Assembly (NCBI RefSeq): GCF_006345805.1
Contig: NC_043012.1
Coordinates: forward strand, 58,342,001-58,406,000
From: Octopus sinensis
Lineage: Eukaryota
Length of the DNA: 64,000 bases
Reading direction: 5' to 3'
Every line of letters begins with the position of its first letter. Positions within the stretch are counted from its first letter, which is position 1. Positions 54,010 through 64,000 of this stretch are shown piece after piece. The notes beneath the pieces are model-generated. The model saw only the letters and a program-made list of their open reading frames with translations, searched no databases and was not told the origin of the DNA. The position numbers were made by a program, and so were the translations under genes.

Positions 54010-54205
54010 ACATTATATATAAAAGGCTTAGTAAAATAAATTACTTTGCCGCACATACTGAACTCATTAGAAATAGCAGCTAAAAAAAACTTTTTTAAAA
54101 CTATTTCTAATACTTAAAGAAAACCTCTCTCATATAGTGTTTGCTCAATTCAACTCACGAAAGTATGGGGGTAAAGACATTAAAAAATCAAATGCAAAGG
54201 TTATT

Positions 54206-54257
54206 TGAGAACGTACGTTTCAAGATTAGTCAACTCGACACTTCTATCATCAGCTCA
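54206..54257 (-). ncRNA. Canonical-core type I hammerhead
   Basis: TGAG-CTGATGA-t-AGA..GTCGAGTTGAC..TCT-t-GAAA-CGTACG-TT-CTCA. Confidence 0.85.
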
Positions 54258-54553
54258 GAACTCCTTGGTTTGGATTTGAAAACACTGAAAGTGGGAGCAT
54301 ACCCTTTCGGCTTCTTTATCGCTTCTGAAGATCTGCTCGAAACTAACAGTGCCAGCAAACTCAAATATGCAAGCGAAGAATTTCTGCTCTCCCCTTTCCA
54401 CAGCGTGGGTTAAAATCAGTAAACACTATGCTTTTTTCGGTAAAATCCGAGGCATTAAATAGAGAGAGATGAATTATAATTTCAACAATTGAGGGTAAAA
54501 TTAATTAATTAATCAATTTCACCAAGTATTCAGTATGCAAAGGGACCATCATC

Positions 54554-54605
54554 TGAGCTGATGATAGAAGTGTCGAGTTGACTAATCTTGAAACGTACGT
54601 TCTCA
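54554..54605 (+). ncRNA. Canonical-core type I hammerhead
   Basis: tgagCTGATGAtagaagtgtcgagttgactaatcttGAAAcgtacgTTctca. Confidence 0.85.
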
Positions 54606-54814
54606 AATAACCTTTGCATTTGATTTTTTAATGTCTTTACCCCCATACTTTCGTGAGTTGAATTGAGCAAACACTATATGAGAGAGGTTTTCTTTAAGTA
54701 TTAGAAATAGTTTTAAAAAAGTTTTTTTTAGCTGCTATTTCTAATGAGTTCAGTATGCGGCAAAGTAATTTATTTTACTAAGCCCTTTTATATAATGTAA
54801 TAATTTGAATTCGC

Positions 54815-55678
54815 CTTAAATGGTCCTCTAAACATAGCTACACAAATTTCGTCGAAACAATTCAATTTTCGACTTTTCCCAGAATGTATCAGATTTATCT
54901 TTATGTTCATAAACAAATTTTAAACGGGCATCTCTATGCCTTTTAGTCAACAGCGGAGTTTTTCTAGGAGAATGTGACTTCAGTTCATTCCTATGAAGTT
55001 CATTGCTGATTGTTCGTAGTGTAACACTAGTCCCTGAAGCTAACAAATCTTCTAGCAACTCCTTTCTGGTGATCATAGCATTTTATTTCGATTCTTCGAT
55101 TCATTTTTCTTAAAGATTTAGGGGAAATCTTGCATGGTGCACCGGATCTTATTCTGTTTTCAACAGTTCCTGATTTTTTATATCTTTGAATAAATGAACA
55201 TATAGAAGAAAATGGAATACAAAGGGTCTCTGATATTTTCCTGTAACTTTTGCCTGCTTTCCACTGTTCAATAATTAAGTTTTTTCACTTAGTTTGTAAG
55301 TTCTTTACTTTTCGCCATTATTACGATACTTATGTTGTCTCAGTGTTGAATGAAGAAGCTAGAGTTTTGACACTTAAAAATGACAACTGATAAGATTATT
55401 GGAACAACTGAGAAAGTTCTAGTAAAAAACAATATTATTTTAACAATATTTTGTAGCATAGAAAATCGTAAATTTTTTCTGTATGAAGACTTTTTTCACC
55501 CCTAAATATTTATAATTGTATATCAATTCCTTAGTTAATATAATTTATTAGTTTCTTCTGCATATTCTTAGTTTATGCATGTGTATGCAAATATAGTATT
55601 GGTATATCCCATTTATGTTCATAGAAAGTAAAGTAAATAAAGAATTTTAACATGTACGAATATTTATTTCCCCCCCTG
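54815..55678 (-). mobile_element. Tc1-like DNA transposon, 5' half (transposase pseudogene from ATG 55318)
   Basis: TIR ta-CAGGGGGGGAAATAAATATTCGTACA. MAKSKELT*...GKSYRKISETL...RSGAP...RKTPLLTKRHRDARLKFV...SKIELF. Truncated next to the HHR element. Confidence 0.88.
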
Positions 55679-55735
55679 TATATATATATATATTATATAT
55701 ATATATATATTACATATATATATATATATACACTA

Positions 55736-55801
<66 letters not shown>

Positions 55802-56279
55802 CATATATATACATATATATACATATATATATATATGTATATATGTATGTATATAAGTATGTATATATATATGTATATATGTATATATATATATGTCTGT
55901 GTATACATGTATATAATTATGTGTGTATGTGCATATGTATGAATGTATATGTATATATATATGTATTATATATACGTATTTGTGTAAATATATATAACTG
56001 TATGTGAATATATATGTATGTATGTATGTATGTGTATATATATATTTATGTTTATATATATATATATAATATACATATGTATATATATATTTATATATGC
56101 GTCTTTACATTCACACACGCGATATATATATATATATAATATATATACATACGCACTCATATATGTGTGCATGTATGTATTCAATGTTATATATATATAG
56201 TAATAATATATATGCATGTATGTAAAATGCGTGTGCTTGTGTCTGTATGATCGTCTGTTGTATAGGACATCCATTTTAC

Positions 56280-56311
<32 letters not shown>

Positions 56312-56319
56312 ATATATAA

Positions 56320-56358
<39 letters not shown>

Positions 56359-57163
56359 ATATATAGACAGACATACACAGATATTTATCTATATGCATAT
56401 ACCTACCTATACATATATCATTTTAAATGGACAAGGTATAACATTTATTACATAGTATATTTACAAATTTACTTCTGTTTATCATCTGTAACTCTGATCT
56501 TATTTGATAAAGGTCGAAGTCTATGCGAGCTTTTGTTTTATATTATTTTAGATTATTTTTTTCTTCACTCTAGCTGTTATTGTTTGTCAGAAAGTGACAC
56601 CTTCAGAAGCGATTGAATGATGAAATGGTTACAAATAAAATTATGGCATTTCAAGGATGATCAATTCCTATCACGGTTGAAAGATCTACAATCCTACTCT
56701 TTCCTCATCGTTTAATTTATATTGACTTTCTTCTAATCCATTTTGCCTTCTTCCATCAAATTCTTGCAGTTTTCTTCCATCTTCATTTTTCTATCTCATA
56801 TGTGCTCCCTCACTCTCCTACTCTCTCTACATATATATCTACATCTCTCAATCTCTAATTCTCCTTCTCTGCTGTAGTTTTCTATCACTCATCGATACTG
56901 ATTTTCCAACACAAAACACCGTTTATTATATATTATTTTTTTGTTTTGTTTTTCATTTCAAATCTGTCATGCACCATTTATCATATAATCCTTTCTGTGA
57001 TGTTATATTTTCTCATTTCAGAAAGTATTTCTAGCGGACATGTTTTTCTGTCTCCTCTCTTCAATTTAGGTCACTTTAGAATTCAGTAAAAGAAAACAGA
57101 AGCCCTCAAATTAATAAAGAATTTATGGAGAAAATCTCGTTTACGTTTCCTTATTTTCATTTC

Positions 57164-57228
<65 letters not shown>

Positions 57229-57519
57229 TGTGCGCGCGTGTGTGTGTGTGTCTGTGTGTGTGTATGTATATTATATTTTATTTGTTTCATTCACTCGATT
57301 GTGACCATACTGGAGCCGCGCCTTGTGTGTGTATGCACACACACACACACATATAGGTCGGGCTTTTTTCAATTTCCGTCTACCAGAAGCACTCGCAAGT
57401 CTTTGGTCGGCGTCGGGGCTATAGTAGAAGACAGTTGTCCAAAGTTCCCCCCAGTGGGACTGAAACCGGACCCATGTGGTTGGTAATCAAGATACTTAAC
57501 ACACAGCCACTCCTATGCC

Positions 57520-57553
<34 letters not shown>

Positions 57554-57563
57554 ATATAATATA

Positions 57564-57611
<48 letters not shown>

Positions 57612-58233
57612 CATATATATATATATATGTATATATATAGATAAACACAAAAACCGCGAAAATTTAATTTACTGCATCAAATGCCCAAATTGTGAAGAAA
57701 TATATGTAGGTCAGACGGGAAATGCACTATCAGAATGCTCACGCGTACACCGACAACAGATTAGAGACCCATAGGTCCGTCAGATACCTTTGAATAACCA
57801 CCTAGCAATATGTGGTCGGAAAATATATATAATATTTCCATTCTACAAATTACACAACCCGGGTGAAATCGAGAGGAAAATCAGAGAAAAGAATTTTATT
57901 GATAAATTCGAACCCAAGCTAAATAAGCAAAAATAATAATAATAGTTAGAGGTACTACTTCTACTGCTACGACCATGACCACTAACAACAACAACAATAC
58001 TAAAAGTGATCAAGATGAAGATAGCAGGAAAATTATCTTATTTAGGGTTAAAAGTTCTATTGCCACCACCATCACCACTAGCAACAATAATTAAGGTGCT
58101 GACAATGATTATGATGACAATTGAAATATAAAAATCGCTGACAAAGGCTATTTACAACATTTCTAAAAATAACCCAACAATTGCTGCCTCAGCCAGGGTT
58201 AAGATACAGGACTCTTGACATGTTCAACAAAGC

Positions 58234-58374
58234 GTGACGCCTAAACCAACCAATCAGCTTAAGTAATTGAGTGATGCTACACACTGATTGGTCAGAATAC
58301 AGTTTGCAAAACTTAGCAATCTAGAGCCCACACAGCTCTATTTAAGGCACAGATTTAACCATCTCGCTACAGTC
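58234..58374 (+). promoter_or_regulatory. Putative Pol II promoter of the PLE pLTR
   Basis: CCAAT 58250, ATTGG 58287, TATTTAA 58339, Inr-like CAGTC with the A 32 nt downstream of the TATA start. Confidence 0.55.
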
Positions 58375-58409
58375 AAAAATTGTGAAGCACGACTGTCACC
58401 ACTACTACA

Positions 58410-58454
58410 TGAAACTGAAGATTGCATAATTTAATGCATGAAAGTACTAGTTCA
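58410..58454 (+). ncRNA. Type I hammerhead
   Basis: TGAAa-CTGAAGA-t-TGCAT aattta ATGCA-t-GAAA-GTAC-TA-gTTCA. Closing pair of helix I is mismatched. Confidence 0.75.
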
Positions 58455-58511
58455 ATCAGAATGAACATTTAGCATTCTATTCTTTTATTTTATTTTATTA
58501 TATTCTATTAT

Positions 58512-58551
<40 letters not shown>

Positions 58552-58739
58552 TAAACAGTAAAAATAATTATAGACATGGACAAGAACATGAAACACCACA
58601 GAGACGACACAAGAACCACAGGACGGGACATTCGAAGCCCTCAGTCATCAGTCAAGAACCAGATCATCTTAGCAATTTCGGCTGATTAAATGCATATATT
58701 TATATATTATTTATATTATATATATACGTATGCATATTG

Positions 58740-59553
58740 TTTTATTATTTTACTTCTTTCATTCATTTGACTGCGGCTATGCTGGGTCACCGCCTTAGAG
58801 GGCATTTTTAGTCGAAGACATCGATCCCATGACTTATTCTTTGAAAGCTTGGGACTTATTCTATCTGTCTCCTTTGCCAAACCGCTACGTTTCTGGGACA
58901 TAAACACAACATCGCTTGTCAAGCGGTGGAGATGGCATAAACATAAACGTAAGGACACACACATAAATATATATGTGTGTGCGTGTGTGTGTATGTGTGT
59001 ATGTGTGCATGTATATGACAGGCTTCTTTCAGTTTCCGTCTAAGAAATCCAATTGTAAGGACTGAAACCGGAACCACGTGGTTGAGAAGCAAACTTTCTA
59101 CCACACAGCCCTATTTCTTTATATATATATATATATTCTTTTAACCTTTTATCTGTGTTAGTCGTTTGACTGTAGTCATGCTGGAGCACCGTCTTTAGTC
59201 GAGCAATTTGAACCCAAGATTTAGTCTTTGTAAGCCTAGTACTTATCCTATCGGACACTTTTGCCGAATCGGTAAGTTATGGGGAGGTAAAGACACCAAC
59301 ATCGATTGTCAAGCGATGGTCGGTAGAGACAAACAGACACACAAACATACACACACACGCACACACACACACACACACATATATATAATTGCCGGGCTTC
59401 TTACAGTTTCCGTCTACTTAATCCACTCACAAGGATTTGGTCTACCCGAGACTATAGCAGAAGACACTTGCCCAACGTGCCACGCAGTGGGACTGAATCC
59501 GGAACGATGTGGTTGGTAAGCAAGCTACCTACCATACAGCCACTCCTGCGCCT
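58740..59553 (-). mobile_element. Two consecutive SINE-A copies
   Basis: 58740-59112 (head partly deleted) and 59135-59553. Confidence 0.85.
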
Positions 59554-59782
59554 ATTAATTAAGATATATGTATAAATGAAATATTACATTTATATGAATA
59601 AATTGCTGCGAACATTCTAAAATCATGACTATATTGTTTCATAGGGACGTGCACAGAATGCTGCTGTTCCTCTTCGTAACAACAGTAGCGAAATGTCACT
59701 CATACCACACACTTCATCATATTCGAAAATGATCGAAGGACATTGGGTTATATGCTGCCTCTTAATTGCACCGTGACTGAAA

Positions 59783-60403
59783 TATTCTTTTCTACTCTAG
59801 GCACAAGGACTGAAATTTTGGGGGAAGGGGGCCAATCGATTAGATCTACTCTAGTATGCAACTGATCCTTAATTTATCGGCCCCGAAAGGATGAAAGACA
59901 AAGTCGATATCGGCGGAATTTGAACTCAGAACGTAAAGACAGACGAAATACCTCAAAACATTTCGCCTGGTGTGCTAACGCTTCTTATTTCTTTATTGCC
60001 CACAAGGGGTTAAACGTAGAGGAGACAAACAAGGACAGACAAAGGAATTGATTCGATTACATCGACCCCAGTGCGTAACTCGTACTTAATTTATCGACCC
60101 CGAAAGGATCAAAGGCAAAGTCGACCTCGGCGGAATTTGAACTTAGAACGTAATGGCAGACGAAATACCTATTTCTTTACTACCCACAAGGGGCTAAACA
60201 CAGAGAGGACAAACAAGGACAGACAAACGGATTAAGTCAATTATATCGACTCCAATGCGTAACTGGTACTTATTTCATCGACCCCAAAAGGATGAAAGGC
60301 AAAGCCGACCTCGGCGGAATTTGAACTCAGAACGTAACGGCAGACGAAATACCGCTAAGCATTTCGCCCGGTTTGCTAACGTTTCTGCCAGCTCGCCGCC
60401 TTC
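59783..60403 (-). mobile_element. SINE-B trimer (tail1, tail1, tail2)
   Basis: Central domain repeated three times with junctions at about 60170 and 59985. Confidence 0.88.
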
Positions 60404-60893
60404 CTGGGACGAAATAATAATACCTATAACCTCTTTTATCATAGATCGTTCTTCACGCCGGTGACTTGGAGCTGAATAACACCATAGTAACAAATACTAT
60501 AACAACTGCGACCAAAGAACAACGCAGTTCCATATGGAACTAGTAATATTTTTAAACACTAACACCTATTGCTGAATGGAATAACGGTCGGATTGAGTCG
60601 TCTTGATGATGTGTAGTCTTAAACAGGCAAGAAGCTGATTTTTTTTTTTATTCTATGGTTTGTGTAACAAAGATTTTGTGTCAAAACCATTAATGGATCA
60701 AAGCAGCAGTGCAAGTACTGTTTTCTTTCAGTGGACCGGTTTATCTTTCCTATTTCAGTTTCCGTTCTTGTAATATGTAACATCCTTTTACGCTGAAAAT
60801 CCTAGATGTGAGATGGCACACAACAACATTCGAATGATTATTGGTCATCGTAGACATTGAATTAACATAGATACATTGCTATATTAGACATTA

Positions 60894-61125
60894 AAGGCGG
60901 CGAGCTGGCAGAAACGTTAGCGCACCGGGCGAAATGCTTTGCGGTATTTCGTCTGTCGCAACGTTGTGAGTTCAAATTCCACCGACGTCGACTTTGCCTT
61001 TCATCCTTTCGGGGTCGATAAATTAACTACCAGTTACGCACCGGAGTCAATATAATCGACTTAATCCGTTTGTCTGTCCTTGTTTGTTTCTCTGTGTTTA
61101 GCCCCTTGTGGGTAGTAAAGAAATA
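60894..61125 (+). mobile_element. SINE-B with target-site duplication
   Basis: TATATTAGACATTAAAG at 60880 and 61126. Confidence 0.92.
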
Positions 61126-61334
61126 TATATTAGACATTAAAGTATGAGTGTGTATGTGAGTCAAAAGACACACACACACATACACACACACACATGATGA
61201 ATGAGCAAAAAACAAAAGCGGGATAAAAGTACCAATTAAGAACCGAAAAGGAAAACAGCAATCGAATACAAGCTTATGTATACACACACACACAAACACA
61301 CAAATATATATTTATATGCATATATTTACAAATC

Positions 61335-61712
61335 TTTTATTTTTTACTTGTTTCATTCATTTGACTGCGGCCATGCTGGGACACTAATGAGGAGGGTTTT
61401 AGCCCAACAAATCGATCCTAGGACTTATTAATTTTTGACGCCTAGTTCTTATTCTATCGATCTCTTGGGTGGAACTGCTAAGTTACGGGGATGTAAACAC
61501 ACCAATGCCAGTTGTCAAGCGGTGGTGGTGAGCAAACACACACACACACATACACGAGAACATTTTTTTCACTTTCTGTCTACCAAATCCATTCTGAAGG
61601 CTATGGTCGGCACGAGGTTATAGTAGAAGACACTTACACAAGGTATCACGCAGTGGGACTGAATCCCGAACCATGTGTTTAAGAAGCAAGCTTCTTATCA
61701 CAGAGCCACGCT
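61335..61712 (-). mobile_element. SINE-A, diverged
   Basis: Similarity to other copies. Confidence 0.8.
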
Positions 61713-62719
61713 GATTATTGTTTTTCTTCTTTGAATGTTGGATTTTTAAGCAGATAATCTGTAAACCTCCATGTAAATATTGGGTAAAAAGTATCCGCTT
61801 AGATAGAAAACGTCGAATGTTGCCTGTGGAACTCAAACCCATATCTCCTGTAAAAATGACAGATGTTCTACGATTGGACCAAACAAATACTTCGAGTTTT
61901 TCTATTAATATTAGAAACTATATTTTTAATAGCGGGATTTATATTTTACTGACATCATAAGAATTTAAAAACTTTAAGACAGGATTGAATAATTCTTTAT
62001 TGGAATATAGGACCTTGAGGCAAATAAGTTGTAAATAATAGCTTGTGATTTTTACAGCAGAGCTGGGATCCGATGCCATAAGGAGCCTTCATCGTCTTTT
62101 TCTACCCCAAGTGTTTTTTGTGATACATGGCATGACATGTCAATATGCCAATTGAATGTATCTTAAAGCATGAAACTATTGTAATTGTGTATATTAAACA
62201 ATGTTTACGTTTCTCTGGATGGAATACCTTTTTGATGATCTTACCTATACTGTAACAGTAACCAACACACACACATATCTACCTTACAAAATTTGTAAAT
62301 ATCATACATGCTAATTAGGGATCCATCGTAATTAGTTTCATCGTGACATTTTCTAATTACTCTGCTCAAAATATCCGTCCACAAACCTTAGACTGTATGG
62401 GGAAATAAGAAAAGGTAAGTCACCAGCATGAATAAAATATGCGTTATATATTACGCCATAGCAGCCCTTCTGATGAAAAACTTTGTGTCGTGGTCTATGT
62501 CTCTCTTCAGGCAGTGTAAAATAGATATGATGCTTGTGTTACCAGGATTATCATGTTATCAATGGTATTGCATATTCTACCGGAATAGCAGAATGAACAA
62601 AACAGGAATATGTTATATTGATCTGAAAAGATTTATGTATTTATTCATTTATCTTTTTATCTCGCTAGTTCTCTCTCACGCTTTCTGCCTATCTATCTAT
62701 CCGTCCTTTTGTATCTATT

Positions 62720-62769
<50 letters not shown>

Positions 62770-62911
62770 CATTCATACATACATGCAATTTCACATATAC
62801 ACATATAGTTATTTATATATGTATATGTATGTATATATATATATATACATATGTATATATGTATATATATTATATTATATATATATTATATATATATATA
62901 TATATCCATAT

Positions 62912-62996
<85 letters not shown>

Positions 62997-64000
62997 GATA
63001 TATATATATATATGTATATATATATGTATGTATATATATGTATATATATATATATATATAATATATATATATATATATACATGACCGCGCACTCACACGC
63101 ACACATATATGTATGAATACATATATGCCTATTCATACGAACATGCATGTACGCAGAAAGGCTCGCGCACATGCACTGGCATACACGCGCACATACATAC
63201 ATAGTATGTTTTTCTTCATATGACAGCCATTCAGCATTTGAAATGAAAGATACCATATTAGTAAAATATTATCTTCAAATAGAATATTGTGAAATATTTG
63301 GAAGTTTTTTCAAATTCCTGCTACTTCTTTATAAGCAATCTGAGAAGAAATAAAACGATGGAAAAGAGAAAAAGACAAATGGAATGAAAACAGAAAAAAT
63401 AAAACTAAAGAAAAAGCGTAAGAGAAGTAAAACAATAACTGCAAATATAATGAAATTTTTGGTTGTCATCGCTGTTGTTTAAAATTTATTAGTATATTTA
63501 ACATTAATCAATGCAAGCTTGCTTATGCTGCCAATCTGACTTTGCAAAGGACTCGGCCATTGATAGAAAATGTATTTCTTGCACATCCTGTCTGTAAATA
63601 TTTGAATTTTTTCATTCATTCACTCATTCATTCTCTCATTCACTCCTTCATTCATACAGAGGCGTTTGCTGTCAGGTTTTAACAATAGAAGTTTTAATCA
63701 CACCATACCTGCCAAAATATAATATTCTTGCACATAACTCAGAGAAACAAACATCGCCGTATTAATTTGGTTGCATGCTCGCTAATTGCTATTTAGATAT
63801 TTTTGTTGTTCTTTGTCTTGATTTTTTCTTTGACTTTTATGGCAAGAGTCACAGACAAACACGGCCATCCATTTCACATGACAGTCATTTTTGTATCAGG
63901 GGAAAAATTTCTCCTTCAGTGTGATTTATTTGTCAATGTTTAGCTGCTGCCACAAATAATTATAATCAAGCTGAAATCCTTGACGCTTTTTTTTCTCTCT

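Larger units (their letters stand above)
54011..54800. mobile_element. PLE pLTR-like element with about 250-bp inverted arms (54011-54259 and 54552-54798)
   Basis: Arms nearly identical, an intact HHR in each, (TA)n on the left. Confidence 0.88.
57643..58520 (+). mobile_element. Second PLE family 3' end: GIY-YIG, pLTR, HHR and (TATTY)n tail
   Basis: 57661-57936 NLIYCIKCPNCEEIYVGQTG...RVHRQQIRDP*VRQIPLNNH...REKNFIDKFEPKLN, in-frame TAG at 57772. (TA)n flanks. Confidence 0.88.

Noticed and set aside
58625-58695. CTGATGA and GAAA motifs on the minus strand in permuted order
   Set aside because: The helices cannot be closed in register and helix III is not palindromic.

Overview
AT-rich, microsatellite-saturated animal DNA. 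The SINE families and repeat density point to an octopod cephalopod (inference from the repeats only). It is intronic or intergenic. The only intact gene is a tRNA-Ala(TGC) at 11099-11170 (-), and there are a few weak candidate + strand exons. Nearly all ORF-track entries are microsatellite or SINE noise. The rest is transposon debris: dozens of tRNA-derived SINEs from about four modular families, CR1-like and Tx1/L1-like LINE fragments, (TAA)n-targeting R4/Dong-like RLE retrotransposons, Tc1/mariner and hAT remnants, and Penelope-like elements (PLEs, Neptune-type GIY-YIG). The main hidden signal is RNA-structural. There are at least 14 full-length minimal type I hammerhead ribozyme (HHR) motifs, some with damaged cores, in about 7 unrelated sequence families. 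Every family has a palindromic helix III and several have non-canonical cores. They lie in short, mostly non-coding elements inserted into (TA)n or (AAT)n, frequently as fold-back inverted duplications. One is a 477-bp tandem-plus-palindromic array with retrozyme-like architecture. All calls were made by eye, so repeat boundaries are approximate.
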